A DNA stretch of 64,000 bases. It comes from Eledone cirrhosa (lineage: Eukaryota). Both the position numbers and the translations under genes were made by a program. This document shows positions 51,871-64,000 of the stretch, one piece after another. The notes under the pieces are model-generated. The model saw only the letters and a program-made list of their open reading frames with translations. It was not told the origin of the DNA and did no database searches. The first letter of the stretch is position 1, and every line of letters begins with the position of its first letter. The stretch spans positions 276,210,001 to 276,274,000 of the forward strand of contig OZ024741.1 of assembly GCA_964016885.1 (NCBI GenBank), given 5' to 3'.

Positions 51871-52290
51871 AATAACTAACAAATAGTTATCGCTTTACAT
51901 GGCTAAATACAATAAGTGTAATCTGAGTTTTTCGAATATCAATAATAATATTCAATTTGTTTGCAATTATGCAGTCACTCTTTTAAGCCATGTCAGTAGA
52001 ATGAGCCCCTCATTCTTGCTCTTGTGTTGGGATGTAAACAGAACTGCAGATACTAATGTTTCTGAGTGATTACCCTTCATCGGTGCAGTTAACTGTTCAC
52101 CTGCCAACTGTCAGCTAGTGAAAATATATATTTTCAAAAATACAGTGACTGATCGGCCTGATTTGCATATTAGCAGATCAATCAGATTTGCATATTAGCA
52201 GATTCCACTGATCATCCAGATTTGCATATCAGCAGACTGGCCAGTCAGTTTCATGTATACAAGTGATGTATATATATGTTTATGTATATA

Positions 52291-52329
<39 letters not shown>

Positions 52330-52335
<6 letters not shown>

Positions 52336-52618
52336 TAAAATAATTGATATATATTTATAATATATTTGATATATATAATATATTTGATAAATATAATATA
52401 TTTGATATATATTTATCCTTATCGAGCCCTCTTTGGATTTTAGTCTTCTAATTTATTATTATTACTATTACTCTTTTACCTGTTTCAGCCATCCGGCTGA
52501 GGCCATGCTGGGGCATATATATATATAGTAATAATAATAAATTAGACTAAAATCCAAAGAGGGCTCAATAAGGATAAATATATATCAAATATATAAGAAC
52601 CGTAGAGCAATTATTTTA

Positions 52619-52674
<56 letters not shown>

Positions 52675-52772
52675 TAAAATAATTGCTCTACGGTTCTTAT
52701 ATATTTGATATATATTTATCCTTATCGAGCCCTCTTTGGATTTTAGTCTTCTAATTTATTATTATTACTATA
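52330..52772. repeat. ~105-bp unit in three alternating orientations separated by (TA)n
   Basis: ATATTTATCCTTATCGAGCCCTCTTTGGATTTTAGTC at ~52410 (+), ~52545 (-), ~52710 (+). Confidence 0.85.
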
Positions 52773-52798
52773 TATAAATATATATATATATATATATG

Positions 52799-54546
52799 AA
52801 TAGGAGAGAGAGAAATTACCCTTAGTAGATCCGACAGAGGGACCAGCTATTGAGATTGACGAATATAGGGTCCAAGAGGCGATTAGGGAAATGAAAAATG
52901 GTAAGGCTGCTGGACCATCGGGAATAGTTGCTGAGATGCTGAAGGCATCAGGGGACGTAGGCACTAAACTGGTTGCACGCATCATCAATCAGGCTATATA
53001 TGGTGGTGTCATACCCAAAGACTGGTGCAGCAGTATTCTCATAAATTGCTACAAAGGTAAAGGGGATGCTCTGGAGAGGAGCAATTATAGGGGTATAAAA
53101 CTGATAGATCAGGTTATGAAAGTGGCAGAAAGGATATTAGCACAACTAATTAGAGAAAGGGTCAAACTAGATTAGATGCAGTTTGGTTTTGTGCCTGGGA
53201 AGAGTACAACAGATGCCCTCTTCTTGGTGAGACAATTGCAAGAGAGGTTCTTAGAGAAAAATAAGCCACTATACTTAGCCTTTGTTGACCTAGAGAAGGC
53301 CTTTGATAGGGTACCCCGATCTGTCATCTGGTGGTCCCTAAGGAAGCTAGGTGTTGAGGAATGGCTTGTGTGGACAGTGCAAACTTTGTACAAAAGTACT
53401 CTCAGTAAAGTCAGGGTAGGAATGGAGTTTAGTGAGGAATTCCAGATACAAGTAGGAGTACATCAGGGTTCGGTCCTCAGCCCGCTCTTGTTCATTATAG
53501 TCCTCCAAGCCATAACAGAGGAGTTTAAGACTGGCTGTCCATGGGAACTTCTCTATGCTGACGATCTGGTTCTTATAGTAGAATCAGTAGAGGAGCTAGA
53601 GAATAAATTCTGGCTATGGAAACAGCAGTTGGAAGCAAGAGGACTGAGAGTGAACCTAGCTAAGACAAAAGTGTTGATGAGTAGAAAAGAGGACAAAACC
53701 CTGATTCCGTTAGGGAAATGGCCATGTTCGATATGTAGAAAAGGAACTGGCATAAATTCTATAAAATGCACACAATGCAGATCCTGGGTACACAAGAGAT
53801 GTAGCGGGATAGCAGGCAAACTAACAGGTAGGGAGAAATATGTATGCAGTAGATGTACAGGGAAATTAGACAGTAGAAGTTGCATTGATAGACAGATTTT
53901 TCAAATGCAGGAGGGCGCTATAGAAGTGGTGGATAGCTTCCGGTACCTAGATCAGATTAGCATGGGAGGAGGGTGTTCCGAGGCCATAGTATCTAGAATA
54001 AGGACGGGTTGGAAGAAGTTTAGGGAGCTGCTTCCTCTGTTGACGAAGAAGGGTTTCTCCCTGCGTACGAAAGGCCGATTGTATGATGCCTGTGTGAGGA
54101 GCGCGATACTGCATGGTAGTGAGACATGGGCATCAACTGCAGAGGATATGCGACGGCTGGAGAGAAATGAGGCAAGCATGCTCCGTTGGATGTGCAGTGT
54201 AAATGTGCGTGAACGATCCAGCATAAATGTGTTGAGAGAGAAACTGTGTCTGAGAGGGATAGAATGTAGTGTACAGGAGAGGAGACTGAGGTGGTATGGA
54301 CATGTGATGCGCATGGAGGATGACCGATGGGTGAAGAAGTGCCAGGAAATGCCAGTTGAAGGAAGACGTGGTAGAGGTAGACCACGAAAAACATGGGCGG
54401 AGGTGGTGAGAACAGACCTCAGATCATTGAAGCTCACGGTGGAGATGACAAAGGACCGTGATGAGTGGAGAGATGCTGTGCTGAATAAGACCCATCCCAC
54501 CCTTGCAAGCAGGGAAAAGCGGACCTAAAATGATGATGATGATGAT
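52799..54546 (+). mobile_element. 5'-truncated RTE LINE, second subfamily, one premature stop (53173-53175)
   Basis: ORFs 52891-53175 and 53176-54528 are in the same frame; YADD and PHD present; (TA)n on both sides; almost no 3' UTR. Confidence 0.93.
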
Positions 54547-54821
54547 ATATATATATATATATATATACAAAAAAAAGAAAGTAAAAGAAGAGAAAAAAAA
54601 AGTCCTCGCTGTAATGTGGTCGTGTAGGTAACACGGTAAAAAGCTCCTGGTCCACACTATAAATGTGGTTGGTGTTAGGAAGGGCATCCAACCGTAGAAA
54701 ACCTGCCAGATAGTCCTATATGAGTGAGACACGGTCATCCCACCAATCTTGCCTCAAATGGGTCAATTCCTGTCTAACCCATGCTAGCGTGGAAGATAGA
54801 TGTTATACGATGATGATGATG

Positions 54822-54883
<62 letters not shown>

Positions 54884-55647
54884 GATGGTATAAATCCAAC
54901 TGTGATACCTAGCGGTTTTGGCTTGTATATAGCAAGTCTTAAGTGTAATCCCTTGAGAATGTTTGCTACATAGTCTCGAAAAAAGTTCACATTAGACAAT
55001 GTAATCCTAGATGCACTATTTCGTTAAAAGTTGAGATGGTTATGGTTGGAATATATTTGATCTTTGGGTCTGGCTGAAGGAAGGATGACCTGTTGCTAAA
55101 CAAAATGAAAGTATGTTTGCTTATATGTACAAGTAACAGATCACTGTATCTTATCTCTCTATCTATCTATCTCACTTAGGTTATCAGTGTGTATACATTG
55201 ACCTGTGTGTATGTATACATTGACCTGTGTGTATGTATACATCGACATGTGTGTATGCATACATTAACTCTTTTGATATAGATAAAACAACTATAGTTAG
55301 TCTTCTAAAATATATAGGTGAATGCTAGTATGTATATATACATACTAGCATAATACCCATCAAAATGATGGAGTTTATTTAATATAATAACTCGTTGATT
55401 ACAACACTCTATGTAAAGTTGCTTGAATCCTTGATTTTCCTTGAACATCTTTCTTTTGTCACTCTGGTCACTCACACACAGTTAGCAGTGACTGTCAACT
55501 TTTATCATGACCCATTTTGGCAAATCTAATCCTCTGCGACCCTATTTTTTAATACATTCCAACAAGGCACCCTTCCCATGTGATACTTATCCTTCTTCCT
55601 CTTTAAAGTCACACCCAACCCCCTCCCTCCCTACTGTTATAGTAACT

Positions 55648-56855
55648 CAGTGGCACTTAGCTCCTCCTATTCACAGTGGCACTTAGCTCCTCCTATTCAC
55701 AGTGGCACTTAGCTCCTCCTATTCACAGTGGCACTTAGCTCCTCCTATTCAAACACAGCGGCACATAGCTCCTCCTATTCAAATACAGCGGCACATAGCT
55801 CCTCCTATTCAAATACAGCGGCACATAGCTCCTCCTATTCAAACACAGCGGCACATAGCTCCTCCTATTCAAACACAGCGGCACGTAGCTCCTATTCAAA
55901 CAGCGGCACATGGCTCCTATTCATACACAGCGGCACGTGGCTCCTCCTATTCATACACAGCGGCATGTAGCTCCTATTCATACACAGCGGCACGTAGCTC
56001 CTCCTATTCATACAGTGGCACTTAGCTTCTCCTATTCATACAGTGGCACATAGCTCCTCCTATTCAAACACAGCGGCACATGGCTCCTCCTATTCATACA
56101 CAGCGGCACGTGGCTCCTCCTATTCATACACAGCGGCACGTGGCTCCTCCTATTCATACACAGCGGAACGTAGCTCCTCCTATTCATACAGTGGCACGTA
56201 GCTCCTCCTATTCATACACAGCGGCACATGGCTCCTCCTATTCATACACAGCGGCACATGGCTCCTCCTATTCATACACAGCGGCACGTGGCTCCTCCTA
56301 TTCATACACAGCGGAACGTAGCTCCTCCTATTCATACAGTGGCACGTAGCTCCTCCTATTCATACAGTGGCACTTAGCTCCTCCTATTCATACACAGCGG
56401 CATGTAGCTCCTCCTATTCATACACAGCGGCACGTGGCTCCTTCTATTCAAACACAGCGGCACGTAGCTCCTCCTATTCATACACAGCGGCACGTGGCTC
56501 CTCCTATTCATACACAGCGGCACGTGGCTCCTCCTATTCATACACAGCGGCATGTAGCTCCTCCTATTCATACACAGCGGCATGTAGCTCCTATTCATAC
56601 ACAGCGGCATGTAGCTCCTATTCATACACAGCGGCACGTAGCTCCTCCTATTCATACAGTGGCACGTAGCTTCTCCTATTCATACAGTGGCACTTAGCTC
56701 CTCCTATTCATACAGTGGCACTTAGCTCCTCCTATTCATACAGTGGCACTTAGCTCCTCCTATTCAAACAGTGGTACATAGCTCCTCATATTCAAACACA
56801 GCTGCAGGTAGCTCCTCCTTTCAAACACAGTGGCACATAACTCCTCCTATTCACT
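55648..56855. repeat. ~30-bp minisatellite (~42 copies)
   Basis: Unit ACACAGCGGCACGTAGCTCCTCCTATTCAT with shorter variants. Confidence 0.95.
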
Positions 56856-56878
56856 CAGCTTTTTATCATATATTAATA

Positions 56879-57108
56879 CTAGCAGATGTACCTGGCGTTG
56901 CTCGGGAAATGAATGACAGCCTGAATTGTTCAAGGTCATTTATGGCTTAGCTAGCAATTTCTGAGTGCATGTCAGCTTATGTCAGCTAATTGGCTAGCCA
57001 ATGAGAGGTCGCCTCAATAGCACGTGCCAAATCGGCCTAGTACTTGAAAAGTTAAAAGGAGCCTAGTATTTGTACACAGACAGACCGACTTGCTTTTATA
57101 TATATAGA
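56879..57108 (-). mobile_element. Non-autonomous Helitron (230 bp)
   Basis: Minus strand A|TCTATATATATAAAA...CCCGAGCAACGCCAGG hairpin...CTAG|T; no TSD. Confidence 0.8.
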
Positions 57109-57952
57109 TGGTAATGGACAATGATCTTTGGGTGAAGAAGTGCCAGGAAATGTCATTGGAAGGAAGTGACAGTGGAAGTAGACCTAGAAAGATCAGGGCA
57201 GAGGTTGTGAGATCTGACCTCAAATTACTGAGACTCACGGAGGAGTTGACAAAGGAACGCAACAATTGGAGAGATGCTGTGCTGAGAAGGACCCATCTAA
57301 CCCATGCAAGCATAGAAAAGTGAACGTAAAAATGATGAAGACAATGATGATGATGGTAACAAAGCTCAGGGTGGTGGATTGTTCGAAACATTAGTGAGTT
57401 GGACAAAATGTTTTGCAACATTTAGTTAGAGCACTTAGTTCTGAATTCAAATCCCACCAAGGCCAACTCTGCCTTTCTTCCTTCCAGGGTTGATAAAATA
57501 AAGATACCAGTAATGGTATCGATAATGTAATCGATTTTCTATTCTCCTCAAATTGTTGACCTTGTGGCTAATTTATAAATCCATGTGATAACAAAGTTGA
57601 TCCTACCTATGCTAAGATGAAATGCTTGATGTAGTTTTGTAAAATTCAGTTAATCCTTTAGCATTTACATTACTCTATATTTACTATTGTATTTTCTTAG
57701 TAAAGGCTTTATCTTACATAATATCTCACATAATACTGAATCTATGAGATTTTGATATTATTTATTTTGAGTACAATGCCTTAACATAAGTATAAGAAGC
57801 TGGTTACGACAGGTTTGAACAGAAAGAGGTGAGAGAATTCTGGCTAGATACAGCTGGTTTAAATGCCGAGTTAAAGACCTTTATTAGCTGTTGTTCATCT
57901 TGTTGCTTCTTTTGAGAGAATAACCCCATATCTTGTCATCTTTTATCTTCAG

Positions 57953-58008
57953 CTTACAAGACTGTATCAGGTGTAAATGGACCTCTTGTCATATTGGATG
58001 ATGTCAAG
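57953..58008 (+). CDS. ATP6V1B: V-ATPase B exon 2 (YKTVSGVNGPLVILDDVK)
   Basis: cttcag acceptor and GTGAGT donor, 56 nt. Confidence 0.97.
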
Positions 58009-58449
58009 GTGAGTGTCTCTAGAAATACTATCATTGCTGTAGCTTTTCATTGAAAAAAAAATTACGAATTTATGAAAGTAGTAAAAAAACCTTCCATTGA
58101 AAAAATTTACTTTAATTTAAAATACTTTGAAGAAACTTACTTTAAGCTAACTGACCATTGAAGAAATTTACTTTAAGCTAACTGACCATTGAAGAAATTT
58201 ACTTTAAGCTAAAATACTTTTAAAAATTTATAATTTGTTCAACACTTCTATATGAAAAAAAATTAAATATTTGTTGTTGCCACCATCCCCACTACTGCTC
58301 TGTTTCCCCCTTTCCCTCTATTTTTATCTCTTTCTCTCTACTTCAAAAATTGTGTAGTTAAGAACAGAGCGCAGTTGTAAATTCTACCCATGTAAACCTA
58401 TTTTGACTACAAAAACAGTAGCTAAATTCCATCAAATCAAATATTTTCC

Positions 58450-58806
58450 ATCTCTCTCTCCATCTCTCTCTCTCTCCATCTCTCTCTCTCTCTCCATCTC
58501 TCTCTCTCTCTCTCTCTCCATCTCTCTCTCTCTCCATCTCTCTCTCTCTCTCTCTCCATCTCTCTCTACCTCTCTCTCTCTACCTTTCTCTACATCTCGC
58601 TCTCTACATCTCTCTCGCTCGCTCGCTCGCTCGCTCTCTCTCTCGCTCGCTCTCTCGCTCTCTCGCTCGCTCTCTCGCTCTCGCGTTCGCTCTCTCTCTC
58701 TCGCTCTCTCTCTCTCGCTCTCGCTCTCTCGCTCTCTCTCTCTCGCTCTCTCTCTCTCGCTCTCGCTCTCTCGCTCTTGCTCTCTCGCTCTTGCTCTCTC
58801 TCTCTC
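58450..58806. repeat. (CT)n/(CTCG)n microsatellite
   Basis: Seen directly. Confidence 0.95.
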
Positions 58807-58865
58807 ACACATTGTAGGGAACCTGAGCACTGTACACAATAATTTCATTATTATTATTTTATATA

Positions 58866-58939
58866 TTGGGTTGTAACATAAATTCCCGCCGTTTCCTTAA
58901 GAAGTTCTATAATAACGGCGGGAATGTGTTACAACCCAA
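58866..58939. mobile_element. 74-bp mariner-type MITE
   Basis: TA flanks; TIRs TTGGGTTGTAACATAAATTCCCGCCGTT / AACGGCGGGAATGTGTTACAACCCAA. Confidence 0.8.
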
Positions 58940-58985
58940 TATATATACATACACTACTGATCAAATATCTATATATTTTTCCTAG

Positions 58986-59084
58986 TTTCCAAAATTTGCA
59001 GAAATTGTCCGTTTGACTTTAGCCGATGGCAGCACTCGTAGCGGTCAAGTGCTTGAAGTTAGCGGTTCTAAAGCTGTTGTCCAG
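58986..59084 (+). CDS. ATP6V1B: V-ATPase B exon 3 (FPKFAEIV...SGSKAVVQ)
   Basis: cctag acceptor and GTAAGT donor, 99 nt. Confidence 0.97.
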
Positions 59085-59482
59085 GTAAGTAAAAGTTCTC
59101 TCTCTATCCCATTTTGTCTCTCACTCTGTCCCATTTTCTCTGTCATTAACAATACATGAGACTCTCAAAACATCTACCTGTAGAACTGAAGCTAATAATG
59201 GTTACTTCAGTTTTGTTGGGCTGCCTGTTAGAAATAGTTGCCAGATTTCATCAAATCACACACATTTATTTATTTACTTATTTTGTACATGCTTGAAGTT
59301 GATGAGGGGTGTTTTAAAGATTCTATGAAGTGGGTTAATAGTCTAAAATGTTTGGGGATAGAGGTGTTGAGACTTTCTCCATTAAGTTGGCTTATGAAAC
59401 ATATTTTAACGTAGGCTCTTGAATAGAATTGTGGTGGAGATTATTATTTTTTTAGATGAATATAAACAATAAGAAAAATAAT

Positions 59483-59860
59483 AGAAAGAGCGATGATTCA
59501 AGTGGTTTGGTATCAAATGTAGAAAGAGGGATGATTCAAGTGGTTTGGTATCAAATGTAGAAAGAGGGATGATTCAAGTGGTTTGGTATCAAATGTAGAA
59601 AGAGGAATGGTTCAAGTGGTTTGGTATCAAATATAGAAAGGGGGGTTATTCAAGTGGTTTGGTATCAAATATAGAAAGAGGGGTTATTCAAGTGGTTTGA
59701 TATGAAATGTAGAATGAGGGATGATTCAAGTGATTTGGTATCAAATGTAGAAAGAGGGATGATTCAAGTATTTTGGTATCAAATGTAGAAAGAGAGGTTG
59801 TTCAAGTGGTTTGGTATGAAATGTAGAAACAAGAGTTAGTTCAACTGGTTTGTTATCAAA
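59483..59860. repeat. 38-bp minisatellite (~10 copies) ending ~25 nt before the exon 4 acceptor
   Basis: Unit AGAAAGAGGGATGATTCAAGTGGTTTGGTATCAAATGT. Confidence 0.9.
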
Positions 59861-59884
59861 AGAGTTAATTCATTTCTGTTACAG

Positions 59885-59978
59885 GTATTTGAAGGGACCT
59901 CAGGAATTGATGCAAAACACACAACCTGTGAATTTACTGGTGACATTCTTAGGATGCCAGTTTCAGAAGACATGTTGG
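59885..59978 (+). CDS. ATP6V1B: V-ATPase B exon 4 ([11 protein letters not shown]...PVSEDML)
   Basis: ttacag acceptor and GTGAGT donor, 94 nt. Confidence 0.97.
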
Positions 59979-60871
59979 GTGAGTTAAGTCTTTTCTTACT
60001 AAAATACTACAAACTGCATAGCGGGTAAAATACCTTGGTTTGATTACATCCCTTTACAATATGTTCAAATCCTGCCCCTGTTGACAAATTTCCTTTTCCT
60101 TTCTTTCTCACTCTTTGATGAGAGGTAAGAAGTTAAAACATTACTCTTCTTCATTCCTCAAGTCTATTGAATCTGTGAACTAATTGTTGCTGGTACAAAC
60201 CGTTACCAAATTCCATAAATTCATCAGATTTTACCCAACAGGTACGAGAGGGTTGCTGTAATCGACTGTAAGGCAAAGCATGCCAGATAGTGCTCTGTAG
60301 TATTTGTTCCAGCTCTCTTCACGCAGTTCAAATCATGCTGATGTCAACTTTTAAGAGGGACTGTTGTCCATCTTCATTGTCATCAACATTTATCATCTAT
60401 TTTCCATGTTTGCATGGTTTAGGTGGGTTGTCACCTTCTGAGGCTAGACATGTCAGATGACTGTCTTGTTCATACATTCCCATGGCATATATTGGGTGTG
60501 TTTTATTATGGCACCATCACTACTACTAGACATAGTGAACCTGGTACATTTTATCGTGGCACCAACACTATCACTTTGCAGTGTGGCCTTGGTGTATTTT
60601 GTGACACCACCACCACCACTACCACCTTACAGAGTGGGCTGGATGTGTTTTATCTTGGCACCAGTATTACCACCTTACAGAGTGAGCTAAGTGTATTTTG
60701 TGACACTACCACTACCACCTTACAGTGTGGGCTAGGTGTATTTTATCTTGGCACCAGTATTACCACCTTACAATGTAAGCTAGATGTATTTTATCTTGGC
60801 ACCACTACTACCACGTGGACTGAGTGCATTTTACCTTAGCACTACCACTTTACAAATATAATAAAATCTAA

Positions 60872-61441
<570 letters not shown>

Positions 61442-62484
61442 TGATAGTTTTAGTCATTGGACTGTGGCCATGCTGGGGCATTGTCTTCAAAGAATTCATT
61501 CAGTACTACCACCTTAGAGTGCAGACAGGGTGTTTTTCCTGTGGCACCAGCATTACCACCTTACAGAGTGGATTGGGTCACTCAAGCGCTTTGTCCTTAT
61601 TACCCAGTGGACATCTGTTAACAGATAAATATGATCTTAACAAACAGCTGAATAAAAAAGGTCAGACTTTGACACCATCAGTTCCAACATTACTCATTAT
61701 CATCATCATCATCTAACATCCATTTTCCCTACTAGCTTGGGTTGGACAGATCGTCACAGACCAATTCAGTACTCAATCAGAACCACTACCCTCTCAGATG
61801 AGCCAGGGCACCATCTCTCTTATATATTTTCTGACACTCTACAGAGTGTGCTGTGCATTTTATCATGGCACCAGAACTAGGAAGGTTGTCATGTCTTTGA
61901 CACAGCTGAAGTCATGGCACCAGAACTAGGAAGGTTGTCATGTCTTTGACACAGCTGAAATCATGGCGCTAGAACTAGGGAGGTTGTCATGGGTTTGACA
62001 CAACTGAAAAGTGATCTCTAGCCTTTGTTTGGCGAGTTTTGTACAAATGGATGCCTTTCCTATCACCATCCACTTTACAGAGTGTACCAAGTGTGTTTTA
62101 TTGTGTCACCAACACTAGAGAGGTTGTTGTGCCATTGACACAACTGAAGAGTCCTCTTGACCCTTTTTTTTTTTTTTGCATGGTTTCAACAGTTTGATAA
62201 CCTTACCACCAGCCTCTTTTCAAGGTGTATTAAGTGTATTTCTACTTTATCGTGTTTCAGTCCATGTGCAGGAAATATCGATATATTGAGGACATTTTTT
62301 GGTAAAAAAAATTAATGATACCTATTTCAAATAAAAAAAGAAGAGAACACCCCAACCCTTCCCCTGACCCCACCACCTGCATTATTGATTTTTAAACTCT
62401 CTAATAAAATGATTGTTAAAGTTTACTGTCTACCTCTGTGTCTTTCACTGCCAAAATAACCTAAACTGTGGTTTGTTGTTTCAG

Positions 62485-62589
62485 ATTGCTGCACAGATTT
62501 GTCGTCAAGGTGGTTTAGTGAAACTGCCTGGTAAAAGTATTATGGATGATCACGAAGACAACTTTGCTATTGTGTTTGCTGCTATGGGT
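62485..62589 (+). CDS. ATP6V1B: V-ATPase B exon 7 (IAAQICRQ...FAIVFAAMG); gene continues past the window end
   Basis: tttcag acceptor and GTAAGT donor, 105 nt. Confidence 0.97.
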
Positions 62590-63199
62590 GTAAGTACTGT
62601 AACTTTCTGTTTATCCGTTTAATAACCAACATGGTCTGAAACTGCTCCTGGTTTTATAATACAAAACTTTATTTTAAAGTACTTCTACTGATCCAAAACC
62701 TTCCATCATAATTTTATCTACTCTAAGGTCCCAAATAATAGGGGTGGGGATTAGAAGGGGTGGGGGATTCGGTAAGTGTTTCAGTTTGTCTCTGTTGACT
62801 TTTTTAAAGGCCAGAATTAGTCGTTTAGTTTACATATTAAGACCCCAACCCGTCCTTTTAATTTTATAACATATGGGATTTCTTTTAATGTAATTTTTTT
62901 GTCATGTATAATGTTTATTAATGTAAAAATAAAATTGTCGCAGAATGCTACCACTTAAAATTAAATTTTGCTGGAGATAGATTAGCAAAATTTGATAAGG
63001 GGCAGGGGTTGGAACAAAATCTGAAAAATTACAAAGTGGGGAGCTGGGACGATTATTCGAGACCCGAGAATAACTATTTTGTCTTAACCCATTCAATAAC
63101 CAACCTACCTGAAACCACTCCTGGTTCTATAATGCAAAAAAAAAAAAATTATTTTTAAAGTATTTCTACTGATCTAAAACCTTCCATCATAATTTTAAT

Positions 63200-64000
63200 T
63201 AATGTAGTGTGCCATGTGTCTGTTCCTAATTAGACCACAATAATGTAGTGTGCCATGTGTCTATATTCCTAATTAGACCACAATAATGTAGTGTGCCATG
63301 TGTCTATATTCCTAATTAGACCACAATAATGTAGTGTGCCATGTGTCTATATTCCTAATTAGACCACAATAATGTAGTGTGCCATGTGTCTATATTCCTA
63401 ATTAGACCACAATAATGTAGTGTGCCATGTGTCTATATTCCTAATTAGACCACAATAATGTGGTGTGCCATGTGTCTATATTCCTAATTAGACCACAATA
63501 ATGTAGTGTGCCATGTGTCTATATTCCTAATTAGACCACAATAATGTAGTGTGCCATGTGTCTATATTCCTAATTAGACCACAATAATGTAGTGTGTGCC
63601 ATGTGTCTATATTCCTAATTAGACCACAATAATGTAGTGTGCCATGTGTCTATATTCCTAATTAGACCACAATAATGTAGTGTGCCATGTGTCTATATTC
63701 CTAATTAGACCACAATAATGTAGTGTGCCATGTGTCTATATTCCTAATTAGACCACAATAATGTAGTGTGCCATGTGTCTATATTCCTAATTAGACCACA
63801 ATAATGTAGTGTGCCATGTGTCTATATTCCTAATTAGACCACAATAATGTAGTGTGCCATGTGTCTATATTCCTAATTAGACCACAATAATGTAGTGTGC
63901 CATGTGTCTATATTCCTAATTAGACCACAATAATGTAGTGTGCCATGTGTCTATATTCCTAATTAGACCACAATAATGTAGTGTGCCATGTGTCTATATT
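63200..64000. repeat. Highly homogeneous 43-bp minisatellite (>=18 copies, runs off the window)
   Basis: Unit TAATGTAGTGTGCCATGTGTCTATATTCCTAATTAGACCACAA. Confidence 0.97.

Noticed and set aside
55322-55351. 30-bp perfect palindrome ATGCTAGTATGTATATATACATACTAGCAT
   Set aside because: Short and centred on TA; no further support for function.

Overview
This is an AT-rich, repeat-dense animal genomic window. The SINE, RTE and (TA)n landscape suggests a coleoid cephalopod such as Octopus; that is an inference and cannot be proven from the sequence alone. Two intron-rich genes lie head-to-head. UFD1 is on the minus strand, with 8 internal exons reconstructed by hand (13127 down to 2760), two candidate first exons (16479, 22234) and a U12-type GT-AG intron. 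V-ATPase subunit B (ATP6V1B) is on the plus strand, with exons 1-7 (31626-62589) and a 26 kb first intron. Introns hold an intact 1076-aa RTE-clade LINE (APE + RT with an internal C4HC3 PHD finger) and many truncated copies. Also present are Expander-like, CR1, R4-like and Tc1 remnants, tRNA-derived SINEs, hAT/piggyBac/mariner MITEs, a non-autonomous Helitron and many mini/microsatellites. The most unusual signal is a set of (TA)n-embedded fold-back palindromes carrying minimal type I hammerhead ribozymes (Penelope-pLTR/retrozyme-like), plus several further intact, degenerate or half hammerheads, about 10 motifs in all. Other leads are a 5'-inverted LINE insertion with a 10-bp TSD, a candidate 3-nt microexon, a candidate antisense exon chain and a triple octamer cluster. 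All alignments and folds were done by eye, and repeat boundaries are approximate.
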